Shown piece by piece: positions 38,723-47,917 of a stretch of 64,000 nt of DNA; within the stretch, counting starts at the first letter, position 1; the number at the start of each line of letters is the position of its first letter. The translations under genes were made by a program, and so were the position numbers. The stretch is taken from assembly GCA_964428655.1 (NCBI GenBank), contig CAYRYE010000002.1:2251-66250 (forward strand). The letters are read 5' to 3'. The DNA comes from an uncultured Gammaproteobacteria bacterium. Lineage in GTDB: Bacteria; Patescibacteriota; Microgenomatia; UBA12405; JAHJSD01. The notes below the pieces were generated by a model. It saw only the letters and a program-made list of their open reading frames with translations. It did not search any database and was not told the DNA's origin.

Positions 38723-39697
38723 CTACTGGTTTCCGCCATGAAACTTTTCATGGATTTCCCTAAGGCGTTGGTCGGTTACATGAGTATAGACTTGAGTGGT
38801 AGCAATATTTTTATGACCCAAAAGCTCTTGGACTGAACGGAGATCGGCGCCATGAAAAAGCAAGTCGGTAGCAAACGAATGGCGTAAAACATGGGGAGTC
38901 GCCTTGATGGGAATTCTGGCTTTCTTCCGGTATTTTTCAACCATTCTTTGAATCGACCTAGCTGTCAATCTCATCTGCTCATCTTTCATAGCCAAATCTC
39001 TTTTCCCAGAATAGCGGATAAATAACGGCCTGTAATGATCATCTCGAGATACTAAATACCTTCCTAGCCAAGAAACGGCTCGCTTGGAGAGAAAAACTAC
39101 TCTAGCTCTACCGCCCTTGCCAATTATTCCCAACTCCCGAGTTTTCAAATTGATCTGGTCTTTATTTAAAGCTGTTAATTCACTTACCCGCAAGCCGGTT
39201 GAGAAAAATGTCTCCATTATTGCCTTATCTCGTAAACCAATAATTTTAGAAATCTGGGGTTGATTAATTAATCTTTTCAATTGGTCTGGAGACAGGAATT
39301 TGACCGATCTCTCCTGAATTTTTGGCAATTCAATTTTCTCTGGCGCCAAAACTCTATAATCATTTCTTACCAACCAGCGAAGAAAGGCCCGGATAGCGAT
39401 TATGTGATATCCCTGAGTAACCTTCTTTAAATAACTCCCTTTAACTGTTTTTATTCTTGCTAAAAAAATCCTAAATTTCCGAATATTTTCCTGATTAAAA
39501 TCGGCTAGAGTAGGGGAGTGGTTAGACTTTTTCTCCAAAAAGCGGCGAAAACGCATTAAATAATGCCGATAGTTGCGGATAGTAAGCGGTGAACAATTAC
39601 GTTCGATTTCAAGATAATCAAGAAATCTGTTAATAAGTTTATAAAGACTCATTATTTGCTTTATTACATTGTTACATTGTTGTACTTCACTTGTCAA
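38723..39697 (-). CDS. xerC: tyrosine site-specific recombinase (XerC/XerD-like)
   Basis: N-terminal SAM-like core-binding domain. Catalytic 'HVLRHSFATDLLFHGADLRSVQELLGHKNIATTQVYTHV' (R..HxxR..Y). Confidence 0.8.
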   Translation of the reverse strand: MTSEVQQCNNVIKQIMSLYKLINRFLDYLEIERNCSPLTIRNYRHYLMRFRRFLEKKSNHSPTLADFNQENIRKFRIFLARIKTVKGSYLKKVTQGYHIIAIRAFLRWLVRNDYRVLAPEKIELPKIQERSVKFLSPDQLKRLINQPQISKIIGLRDKAIMETFFSTGLRVSELTALNKDQINLKTRELGIIGKGGRARVVFLSKRAVSWLGRYLVSRDDHYRPLFIRYSGKRDLAMKDEQMRLTARSIQRMVEKYRKKARIPIKATPHVLRHSFATDLLFHGADLRSVQELLGHKNIATTQVYTHVTDQRLREIHEKFHGGNQ

Positions 39698-39818
39698 GAT
39701 TGTGCGACGCCAAGGGAATACTTAGAGCTAAGAGTTGTGGTGAAAAAAGACCTTGGAGGGTGTTTATAGTCCCAGTAACGCATGACTTGTCAAAAGAGAC
39801 CCAGCTCTAGGATCCCTT

Positions 39819-39856
39819 CCACCCTCCAGGTGAAAGAAAAAGACACCTGGAGGGTG
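39819..39856. promoter_or_regulatory. perfect 13-bp inverted repeat CACCCTCCAGGTG-N11-CACCTGGAGGGTG, with a third half-site at about 39750-39762, upstream of the Xer-like gene
   Basis: Direct reading. Located 120-160 nt upstream of the minus-strand xer start, within a 745-bp non-coding stretch. Confidence 0.5.
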
Positions 39857-40445
39857 TCCGCGAAAGGTGTTCCGCTGGCAAATGAGAAATAATAGATCCG
39901 AGCATGAAAAATTCAAAGATTTAACAATTAAAAACCGGGCAAAGTAAGAGCAGTTTTTGTCTATGTTTATTAAAAACCACTTACACAAGGTGAATTATGA
40001 ATGAAATATTAAAAATCAGTAATTTTGGGCTCCCCTCTAGCCTGTTTTTCACCGCGTCGTAAAAGAAACATTGTACGACACTAACGATTTCTAAGAGATA
40101 GGCCCACTAGAGAAGAAAGTCTAATCACTAATCAATTAAAGGCATTACAGCTCCTAGAGAATCCATAACGGTAATCTTGCTGGAAAAATACCCATTCGGA
40201 ACCAGTAATACCAAGACTCCACTTTCAAGAAAGCGAGGCTGTCAAATTGGTTTTTCCACAAATGATAAAAGTTTTACCCATTTGTGGGGAATATATATTA
40301 ATCCAGGTATTAATAGCAACCTTATTTTACAACTGCCAAATGTGAAAATAGTCCTATAGTTTTCACAATTCGGATCCAGTATTATAGGATAATTGTTATG
40401 GGAAGAATTGTTGTGCCTATCCCCTCTTCCCCACTTGGCTCTGCC

Positions 40446-41228
40446 TCAAAAATCGCCACCCCAGTTGGTTACCAAAAACAAGGCTAAAAAAGTTCCCAAG
40501 CCTATCCAAATAAACTCCCAAATGGTCTTTTTGAATAATCTTTGACGGACCTGGGCTTGGGCCAATCCCCCAAATACATAGAAAAGGCTAACTATATACA
40601 AAGACCCTTTATTAACTCCAACAGGCCAAAATGATAAGGCAATAGATATTTCCGAAATTACAAAAGACAATACCAAAACCAGACTAAGATTATCTTTTTC
40701 AAATGGTAAAGATAAGGTCAAACTCCAAAAAAAATGGTTCAAAAGCAAGGCTGTCACCCCAAAAACTGCCAACCCATTGGCCCAGCTTGGTAATCGGAAA
40801 GACAGAATAACATTAAAGAGCAAAAAGGCGCTAGTCAACATTAACAATAATCCAACCGTGGAGGCGGCTCTGTAAAGAGGAACTGTTTTAAACTCCGAAG
40901 AAACCAGAAAAACATTCTCCACTAAAAGCAATGTATAGACTCCTAAAAAAAAGACAGATAAGAGAAGCGCTTGCCAAAGCCACCCTTGAGAAAAAAGAAA
41001 GTGGAACAAGCTAATCCCTGTTACAAAACTAACTGGTAAAAATGTAGCCACAATTATTTTTTGCCTGTTTTTAGTCAATTGGCTGAATAAGAGATAAAGG
41101 TAGAAAAAAACAAAAAGAGCCAGGCCAAAAATCGCTTGGTACCTCCAAAAAAAGGGCACTAGATTGACTAAGAAGTAGGAAATGGTAATTACCAAAGTGG
41201 CAATAACAAACTGCCGTCGTTTACTCAT
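40446..41228 (-). CDS. hypothetical polytopic membrane protein
   Basis: About 8 hydrophobic helices. No catalytic motif recognised. Confidence 0.5.
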   Translation of the reverse strand: MSKRRQFVIATLVITISYFLVNLVPFFWRYQAIFGLALFVFFYLYLLFSQLTKNRQKIIVATFLPVSFVTGISLFHFLFSQGWLWQALLLSVFFLGVYTLLLVENVFLVSSEFKTVPLYRAASTVGLLLMLTSAFLLFNVILSFRLPSWANGLAVFGVTALLLNHFFWSLTLSLPFEKDNLSLVLVLSFVISEISIALSFWPVGVNKGSLYIVSLFYVFGGLAQAQVRQRLFKKTIWEFIWIGLGTFLALFLVTNWGGDF

Positions 41229-41967
41229 CGGCTAGCCTTTGGAGAATTGACTCAGGAATATCTAAATTAGCAAAAACCCTTTGAATATCATCGTGTTCCT
41301 CAATAGTCTCCAGAAACTCAAGTAACTTCTTAGCCTCATTAATGTCATTGATTCTAACTTCTATTTTAGGTTTCATAACCAAATCCATCCCCTTAACTTT
41401 AAAACCCAGCTTTTCCGCCTGATTGATGAAATTATCTAAATTAATAGGTTTTAGCCAAACTATCAATAATTTACCTTCTTCCTCAATGTCCTCTGCGCCA
41501 ACGTCAATCAATTTCAATATTTGTTCCTCATTACCAGAGCCAGAAACCCTCACCTGACCTTTTTTCTCAAACTGAAATGCTACTGCGCCCGGCTCAGTTA
41601 AAGAACCGCCATTACTCCGGAAAATATTTTTTATTTCCTGTATGGTTCGCTGGCGATTATCAGTAAGCACTTCTAGTAAAATAGCAATGCCGCTCGGTCC
41701 ATAACCTTCAAGAACAAACTCCTGTATTGACTCTTTTTTCTTATCCGCGTTCTCAATAGCCCGCTGGATATTCTTCTTGGGCATATTTTCAACCTTAGCT
41801 CTATCAACAGCTAACTTAAGACCAGGGTTCAAGCCTGGATCAGATGAACCTCCCTGTTTTACAGCTACTGTAATCAAACGAGAAAGCTTACCAAAAACCT
41901 TGCCCCTTTTTTGATCCTGAGCTTCTTTTCTTCTCTTAATATTGGACCATTTTGAATGCCCTGACAC
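41221..41967 (-). CDS. yebC: YebC/PmpR-family transcriptional regulator
   Basis: Hallmark N-terminus 'MSGHSKWSNIKRRK'. Length 248 aa. Confidence 0.85.
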   Translation of the reverse strand: MSGHSKWSNIKRRKEAQDQKRGKVFGKLSRLITVAVKQGGSSDPGLNPGLKLAVDRAKVENMPKKNIQRAIENADKKKESIQEFVLEGYGPSGIAILLEVLTDNRQRTIQEIKNIFRSNGGSLTEPGAVAFQFEKKGQVRVSGSGNEEQILKLIDVGAEDIEEEGKLLIVWLKPINLDNFINQAEKLGFKVKGMDLVMKPKIEVRINDINEAKKLLEFLETIEEHDDIQRVFANLDIPESILQRLADE

Positions 41968-41969
41968 AG

Positions 41970-42842
41970 TTATCTTATTTTAACATCCCCGACAAATAGT
42001 TGAATGTCTCCCCTTACTTGATCGGCCAGTTTTATCTCACATCCAAAATTCTTTTCAAGACGCCGGACGGTAACCGTCTTCATTAGTTCCGATCTCCTGA
42101 TAAACAACAGGCAGTAATGACTGCCCTCAAAATCCTTATCGCCAACCTCAACTACCCTTCCTCCCATATTATTAATAATTTCGCCCATTCTTTGGGCTAA
42201 ACCAGTAATATCACCTGTGTTAAAAATGCTAACGGCCAAATCTTCATTTTTAACCAATGGATCTGTGAAAAAACCCCCAATTTCCTCCTCGACTCTTCCT
42301 GGGTCAATTACCAAGAGCTGAGAACCATCAGGAAGGGTTTTCTTTTCTGCAAAAATAGACAAATCAGTCATCTGCCAAACCAATTCCCGGTTCTTCAAAA
42401 ATCGCCAAAGTCTCCAGTAGTCAATTGACAAGGGTGGAAAGAAAAACTTCTGTAATTGAGTTTTTATTGACCCTCTCCACTCCGAATTTACTACTAAATC
42501 GTTATTAGCTACTATTCCCCTATCAATTGGCAATTTCAGAAAATAAGACAAGCTGTGGATAAAAATATTAATGCTCTCTTCTTGCTCTGCCAAAAGAGAG
42601 AGTTTTCCGGCCTGATACTTGCCAAACCAAGGCGTTTCAATTTCTAAATCTGATGGTACCAACACCAAAGCAACAACACTTTTCGCTGGCGTAACTGCCA
42701 GAATCAAGATGTCTTTCTCTCTAGTCTCAATCGCTAAAGTAATCTGGCTTTTTCCATCCCATTGATTATGAAACCAAGGCAAAAGCCCTCTTCCCAGTCC
42801 AAGAATTAATAAAACAACAAAAACAAATAAAACAATCCTCAT
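41970..42842 (-). CDS. membrane-anchored hypothetical protein, tentatively LytR-CpsA-Psr (LCP)-like
   Basis: N-terminal TM followed by an extracytoplasmic domain. Weak resemblance to the LCP core. Assignment uncertain. Confidence 0.3.
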   Translation of the reverse strand: MRIVLFVFVVLLILGLGRGLLPWFHNQWDGKSQITLAIETREKDILILAVTPAKSVVALVLVPSDLEIETPWFGKYQAGKLSLLAEQEESINIFIHSLSYFLKLPIDRGIVANNDLVVNSEWRGSIKTQLQKFFFPPLSIDYWRLWRFLKNRELVWQMTDLSIFAEKKTLPDGSQLLVIDPGRVEEEIGGFFTDPLVKNEDLAVSIFNTGDITGLAQRMGEIINNMGGRVVEVGDKDFEGSHYCLLFIRRSELMKTVTVRRLEKNFGCEIKLADQVRGDIQLFVGDVKIR

Positions 42843-43537
42843 GATGTCTTAATTATGGAGGCTAATGAGCTAGGCAGCTCTACTGAAAATTTCATTCTTT
42901 TTTCAGTTTGTGGGTGAGTGAACTCTATCTCTTTAGCTACTAAAAACATTAGCTTACCTCGCTCCTTTCTCCCCCCATAAAGGTTATCGCCAAATATCGG
43001 GTGACCTAAATATTTAAGATGCACTCTTAATTGATGAGTTCTGCCTGTTTTAGGTTTTACTTTAATTAGAGTAAAATTATCTCCGTCAATTATAATATTT
43101 TTAATTACTTGATACCATGTTTCCGCTGACCTTCCTCCCGGTATCACTCCAAATCTGAATCGTTTCCAGGGCACTCGTCCTAAAGGAGCAACTATCTTGC
43201 CCGATCCCGATAAAAACCCTTTCACCAATGCCCAATATGTTTTCTCAACTTCCCTCTTTTTGAATTGATACTGCAGATCTACGAAAGCTGATTTCTTTTT
43301 CGCCACTAAAATTATTCCCCATGTTTCCTTGTCTAGCCGATGAACAATACCTGCTCTTCCTTCAATACGTATTCCAAATTCTTCTTCCACCCAATTTTGA
43401 AGCGTTTTCCCTTTGTAACTTGCTGTTCTCAAAGTTACTAAGCCACCCGGTTTATTGAGGATCAAAAGAAATTTATCCTGGTGTATTACTTCCACCGCCC
43501 TATTTCTTTTTGCTCTTTTTCTGCATACATTTAACAC
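42839..43537 (-). CDS. RluA-family pseudouridine synthase
   Basis: 'HRLDKETWGIILVAKK' catalytic Asp motif. 'GRTHQLRVHLKYLGHPIFGD'. The true start may lie downstream of 43537 given the overlap with the dksA-like gene. Confidence 0.75.
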   Translation of the reverse strand: MLNVCRKRAKRNRAVEVIHQDKFLLILNKPGGLVTLRTASYKGKTLQNWVEEEFGIRIEGRAGIVHRLDKETWGIILVAKKKSAFVDLQYQFKKREVEKTYWALVKGFLSGSGKIVAPLGRVPWKRFRFGVIPGGRSAETWYQVIKNIIIDGDNFTLIKVKPKTGRTHQLRVHLKYLGHPIFGDNLYGGRKERGKLMFLVAKEIEFTHPQTEKRMKFSVELPSSLASIIKTS

Positions 43538-43889
43538 AAATCGTTGTCTCGGGATAAATCATTAACCTCTTGGTAATAATAAACTCGCCACACTTTTCAC
43601 AAATACCATATCGGCCGACTTTAACTCTTGATAAAGCTTTCTTTATCTGAATCATTCTCTTAGTTATCTGCTTACCTACTGCCTCAAGCCGGGCGTGGCC
43701 AAACTGTTCATCCGCTTCAAAATCAGGCGCAGCGTTATCATTTACTCTATCTTCATTAGCAAAGGGATCATCTTTTTTTACCTGCTTTCTATGCCTTTTG
43801 AGCTTCCTCAATTCGTCCATCAAGAACGATTTAACCGGTTCCAGAACTACCGCTGGAAACTTAAATTTAGAATTTTTTTTCTTTGCCAT
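43500..43889 (-). CDS. DksA/TraR-family C4 zinc-finger protein
   Basis: C-terminal 'CEKCGEFI...CVKC'. Coiled-coil N-terminus. Confidence 0.6.
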   Translation of the reverse strand: MAKKKNSKFKFPAVVLEPVKSFLMDELRKLKRHRKQVKKDDPFANEDRVNDNAAPDFEADEQFGHARLEAVGKQITKRMIQIKKALSRVKVGRYGICEKCGEFIITKRLMIYPETTICVKCMQKKSKKK

Positions 43890-43903
43890 TTAATTCTCTT
43901 TTC

Positions 43904-44479
43904 CTAATCACTAATCCTACCATTTTTCGTCTCTTTTTTTCTTCCCGAAAGTAAAAGTGCTACCCCTAAACAAATCAAAAAGACAACTAACCAAACTACT
44001 GATTTTAACAGTCTCTGCTGCCAAAAATCAAGAAGAATATTGAACAGTGACAATATTGCCAAATTTACTAGGAATAAAAATCCCATCTTACCGCTGGGAT
44101 ACCAAGAAAAGCGGCGATAATTTCTCCAAACAAGATTAGATAAGATTACCAGTAAATAAACAGCCGATTCCCATTGGATAAACTTGGCTATAAATAAACT
44201 CACCAAACCAGGCAAGGCGGCTGATTCCAAAACTTCCCAAAACCGCCAAGAATAATAGTGGGAAAATATAAAAACCACAATAACTAAACCCATTAAAATA
44301 GCAAAAAGGCCTAATTCATATCTTTTTCCCAGCCACCAAAGTGAAAAACAAACCACTACTCCCAACAAGCTGGCTTTTACTACCTCTTCATCATCGTAGT
44401 CTTCTTTAAGTTTACGGAAAATTTGAAATAGAAAAAACAAAACGGCAAGACCAACCAAGCCTAATCTTAAATGTTCCAT
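43904..44479 (-). CDS. hypothetical membrane protein (start moved to the internal Met; the longer ORF is antisense to tRNA-Leu)
   Basis: The track ORF N-terminus 'MPWEGVEPS...' is the antisense translation of a tRNA. 'MEHLRLGLVGLAVLFF...' is the first Met after the tRNA. Confidence 0.5.
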   Translation of the reverse strand: MEHLRLGLVGLAVLFFLFQIFRKLKEDYDDEEVVKASLLGVVVCFSLWWLGKRYELGLFAILMGLVIVVFIFSHYYSWRFWEVLESAALPGLVSLFIAKFIQWESAVYLLVILSNLVWRNYRRFSWYPSGKMGFLFLVNLAILSLFNILLDFWQQRLLKSVVWLVVFLICLGVALLLSGRKKETKNGRISD

Positions 44480-44555
44480 TTGCTCCAAATAATACCACTC
44501 CTCTACTCGGTTGTCACCTCTATTGATAATCTGGTAAACTAGAGTAATTTTTGCC

Positions 44556-44640
44556 GCCGTGGTGCTGGAATTGGCAGACAGGCTGGTCTCAAAAACCAGT
44601 GTCCCTTTGGGACATGAGGGTTCGACTCCCTCCCACGGCA
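44556..44640 (+). tRNA. tRNA-Leu (anticodon CAA), class II
   Basis: Hand-fold. Acceptor GCCGTGG/CCACGGC. D-stem CTG/CAG with a GG loop. Anticodon stem CTGGT/ACCAG with loop CTCAAAA. Variable hairpin GTCCC-TTT-GGGAC. T-arm GAGGG-TTCGACT-CCCTC. Discriminator A. Confidence 0.75.
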
Positions 44641-44660
44641 CAGTTGCGGATTTTTCAATC

Positions 44661-44696
44661 GCGCGCGAGCCGCGCCAAGCTTCGCGGCGAGCGCGC
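44661..44696. repeat. GC-rich imperfect palindrome centred on AAGCTT (GCGCGCGAGCCGCGCC-AAGCTT-CGCGGCGAGCGCGC)
   Basis: Near 90% GC in a 38% GC genome. Lies 20 nt after tRNA-Leu and 45 nt before the vapC stop. Confidence 0.45.
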
Positions 44697-44742
44697 TAAA
44701 GGCTAAATCGTAAGAAAATTCAAGGCGGCCGGTTTTTAAGAT

Positions 44743-45114
44743 TTACCAATATTTTTTAATCCCCTTTATTGAAAGCAGTTTTTTGTCAAAAGAGGCCAGC
44801 TCCCTTCCAAAAGAATAAGCGGCTATTAAACAATCAGCCATATCTAATTTACTAGATTCAAAGATCTCTACGGCCTTCTTCACTGTTTTGCTAAGCTTAA
44901 TGTTTTTTTGGGAAATTAAAAACTTAAATATAGAAATTATTTTATTTCGCCCGGTTTTATAGCTTCCGGTTAACACATATTCCAGTTCCGGAAAAACAAC
45001 TTCGGGAATAAAAATATCCTTTTTGCCTTCCAGAAGAGTTTTAACCTTTAACGCTTTTTCAGGCTCATCATTAGTAAAAAAGCGAATCAAAGAATTAGTA
45101 TCCAAACAAATCAT
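44743..45114 (-). CDS. vapC: PIN-domain toxin (VapC-like)
   Basis: 'ICLDTNSLI' first acidic residue. 'DMADCLIAAYS'. Co-operonic with an AbrB-type antitoxin. Confidence 0.7.
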   Translation of the reverse strand: MICLDTNSLIRFFTNDEPEKALKVKTLLEGKKDIFIPEVVFPELEYVLTGSYKTGRNKIISIFKFLISQKNIKLSKTVKKAVEIFESSKLDMADCLIAAYSFGRELASFDKKLLSIKGIKKYW

Positions 45115-45395
45115 TGCTTTTTAAATTTTTTAATCACTCTTTTAGTAATGACCTTTTTATATTCCTCTTTAGAAATAACTCTTTTAGACTTGATCGTCCC
45201 AAACATCTCATCTACAGAAATAATTGGCCTAGCTACTATTTTATCGTCCTCTATCCCAAAAAAAAGCCTATCTGAAGGTTTAAGATTGAAAAATTGCCTA
45301 ATTGGTTGAGGAATAACTACTTGCCCTCTTTGAGTAATTGTTGCAATGCCATTCATAATAGTAATTACCTTATACGATCTTACTCTATTTGTCAA
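45111..45395 (-). CDS. vapB: SpoVT/AbrB-type antitoxin (VapB/MazE-like)
   Basis: 'ITQRGQVVIPQPIRQFFNLKPSDRL' swapped-hairpin domain. 4-nt overlap with vapC. Start may be the internal Met at 45356. Confidence 0.6.
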   Translation of the reverse strand: MTNRVRSYKVITIMNGIATITQRGQVVIPQPIRQFFNLKPSDRLFFGIEDDKIVARPIISVDEMFGTIKSKRVISKEEYKKVITKRVIKKFKKQ

Positions 45396-45428
45396 GTATT
45401 ACTTTCTGATTAAAGTCTTATTTACAGT

Positions 45429-46745
45429 TTACTTACTCGCGTTGAAGAAGCTGATTCTGTTAGGATTAAAGTAGAGACCAAAGGAACCAACCCGGCCATT
45501 GCGGTGTTTGGCAATCTCAGAGGTAACCGCCTCCTTATTTTCTTCATCCTCTTTATAAATAAAAATAACCACATCAGCATCTTGCTCAATTGACCCACTT
45601 TCTCTCAAATCAGCTAAACGAGGCCTCGCGCTTCCTCGGGTTTCAACTGCTCTGGAAAGCTGAGAAAGAGCCAAGACCGGCACCTTAAGCTCTCGGGCTA
45701 AATTTTTCAAACCCTGAGAAATTTCAGAGACCTCTTGAACCCTGCTGTCCCAACGGCGCTTAGTTCTCATTAATTGGAGATAATCGACTACAATCATCTT
45801 TAAATCAACATCTATTTGTAATCTTCTAGCTTTTGTCCTTATTTCCAAGATAGATGAAGCTGGAGTATCATCAACATATAAAGGCGCCTCTGCTAAAATA
45901 CCCATTGCATCGGATAATTTAGACAGATCGCCATCATCCAATCGACCAGTTTTCATTTTCCAAGCATCAATATCAGCTTGTCCCACTAACAATCGATCAA
46001 CTAACTCTTCTTTGCTCATCTCCAGGGAAAAGAAACAGACCGGCAACTTTTCCTCAACAGCTATATAGCGAGCCATATTTAGTGCCCAAGCTGTTTTTCC
46101 TATGCCTGGCCGAGCCGCCAAAATGATTAGGTTGCTGGCTTGAAAACCAGCCAGAAGATTATCTAAATCTTTAAATCCGCTAGAAACCCCTCTTAGGCCC
46201 GAAGTTCTCTTCTGCAGTTCATCTAAACGATCAAAGCTTTCTGCCAGAGCATCTCTTAAAGAGGTAGGCGTCTGTTTCAGATGCCGCTGACTCAAGGAAA
46301 ATATCTCTTGCTCTGCCCGATCAAGAACTTCCTGAGTATCCAATCTTTCATCAAAAGCAGCTTCATTTATCAACGCTGAAGCAGCAATCAGTTCTCTTTT
46401 GATATATAAATCCCTAATGATCTGGGCATAAGAAACAACATGGGCTGAAGTGGGCACCGCATTGGTTAACCTTGCCAGATAAGTCCTCCCCCCCACCCTA
46501 CTTAGACTTTTTTTCTTTTTCAAATTTTCTGCAATAGTAATCAAATCAATGGGCGTTCTCTTTTCATAAAGTTCTAAAGTAGTCTCAAAAATCAGACCAT
46601 GGCTGGGATTGTAAAAACACTCGGGGTGAAGAATATCGGCAATTTCTACAATTGCATTCTTATCAATTAGAACAGAGCCTAAAAGCGAAATCTCCGCTTC
46701 TTCTGAGTGGGGCGGAATTTTCAGTTTTTGAGGTTTGTCAGCCAT
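45429..46745 (-). CDS. dnaB: replicative DNA helicase DnaB
   Basis: Walker A 'GIGKTAWALN'. 'VVDYLQLM'. 'SQLSRAVE'. N-terminal DnaB_N 'PHSEEAEISLLGSVLID'. Confidence 0.9.
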   Translation of the reverse strand: MADKPQKLKIPPHSEEAEISLLGSVLIDKNAIVEIADILHPECFYNPSHGLIFETTLELYEKRTPIDLITIAENLKKKKSLSRVGGRTYLARLTNAVPTSAHVVSYAQIIRDLYIKRELIAASALINEAAFDERLDTQEVLDRAEQEIFSLSQRHLKQTPTSLRDALAESFDRLDELQKRTSGLRGVSSGFKDLDNLLAGFQASNLIILAARPGIGKTAWALNMARYIAVEEKLPVCFFSLEMSKEELVDRLLVGQADIDAWKMKTGRLDDGDLSKLSDAMGILAEAPLYVDDTPASSILEIRTKARRLQIDVDLKMIVVDYLQLMRTKRRWDSRVQEVSEISQGLKNLARELKVPVLALSQLSRAVETRGSARPRLADLRESGSIEQDADVVIFIYKEDEENKEAVTSEIAKHRNGRVGSFGLYFNPNRISFFNASK

Positions 46746-47316
46746 GTTTCGATTTTAGCAGGACAAGCCTTGTTTCGTCCGGCAATTCATTATGTTTCAA
46801 CACTAACTTTTCTTTGGGTTCTAAATCTTCTTGATCCATCTCGTCCAAAAATGAATTTAAACATCCTAAAGTCCAATCACCCTCTCCCGCTGTACCAGGA
46901 ATAACAATCAATGGAGAAAGTCTCTTAATTGCCTCCTTTGCCTTCCCGACCTTCCTTTTTTTATTGGGCAAAATCAAAAACAGGATATCAATCTGCCCCA
47001 ATGACTCCACTTTCTTATCGTCAGGAATTTTCCAGCTATTATTCATGAAGCAAAAATGCCAGTAGCCAATCTTAATCTGCCAGTAGCCATCTCTCCCTCC
47101 CCAAACTTCTATTCCACCAATTTCATATTCGCCTGGGCCGATGATAAAAAAAGGTTTATCTCTACTCTTTGCCGAAATTCTATTCCTGAACTTTTCCACA
47201 TCAGCGCTAGTTACAACCAAATCAGCTTCTACTTTCCCACTGGGTTGCCCCAAAAGCAAATAACTGCCTTTTTCACGAATACGAAAGCAATCCCCACCAA
47301 GATATTTAATCTCCAT
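46738..47316 (-). CDS. degenerate MBL-fold (UPF0173-like) protein lacking the His metal-binding motif
   Basis: 'MEIKYLGGDCFRIREKG' resembles the UPF0173 start 'MKITYLGHSCF'. The HxHxDH position reads 'VTSADVE'. Confidence 0.4.
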   Translation of the reverse strand: MEIKYLGGDCFRIREKGSYLLLGQPSGKVEADLVVTSADVEKFRNRISAKSRDKPFFIIGPGEYEIGGIEVWGGRDGYWQIKIGYWHFCFMNNSWKIPDDKKVESLGQIDILFLILPNKKRKVGKAKEAIKRLSPLIVIPGTAGEGDWTLGCLNSFLDEMDQEDLEPKEKLVLKHNELPDETRLVLLKSKHG

Positions 47317-47453
47317 AATTGATCTTTTTAATTTTATCAGTTATTGAATGACAGAACAAGATACGCCTAGATAATATCTAAATATCACAAACTATAACAT
47401 ATTTCCCATCTTGACAGAAATAAATAATTCCCATATATTGAAGTTGTAGGAAA

Positions 47454-47903
47454 ATGAAAAAAGAGTTGGGTTTAGCAATTCTGTTCGGCAGTATCTTAGG
47501 ATTTACAATTACCGGTCTTTTTTGGGCTAAAAAAGAAGGTAAACTAAATTTTAGAAAACAAACTTCCCCCGGTGAAGAAGAACAATCGGAAACAACGCCA
47601 ACTTCCCCCCCGGCTGAAAAGTCAGAAAAGGCATCTGTTTTTTTGGAAATCAAAGAACCTGAAAACGAGATCATTAGTCGAGAAGAAAGTCTAGTTATTA
47701 AGGGCGAAACTGTTGCCGAGGCTACTGTAGTTGTTATCTGGGAAGAAGGCGAGGATATTTTGGTTGCTGATGAAAACGGTCAATTTGAAACTGAAATTAC
47801 CCTTATTGGCGGCGAAAACGTAATTGAAATTTCTTCATACGATGACGAAGGAAACGACGCTTCCGAAAATCTAATAGTTACCTATTCCACGGCAAAAATA
47901 TAA
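47454..47903 (+). CDS. hypothetical membrane-anchored acidic protein with Ig-like beta domain
   Basis: TM anchor, E-rich linker, beta-rich C-terminus. Confidence 0.45.
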   Translation: MKKELGLAILFGSILGFTITGLFWAKKEGKLNFRKQTSPGEEEQSETTPTSPPAEKSEKASVFLEIKEPENEIISREESLVIKGETVAEATVVVIWEEGEDILVADENGQFETEITLIGGENVIEISSYDDEGNDASENLIVTYSTAKI

Positions 47904-47917
47904 AAATCTCTTTAATA

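Noticed and set aside
43904-44641. Track ORF N-terminus 'MPWEGVEPSCPKGTLVFETS...'
   Set aside because: This stretch is the antisense translation of tRNA-Leu. The protein start was moved to the Met at 44479.
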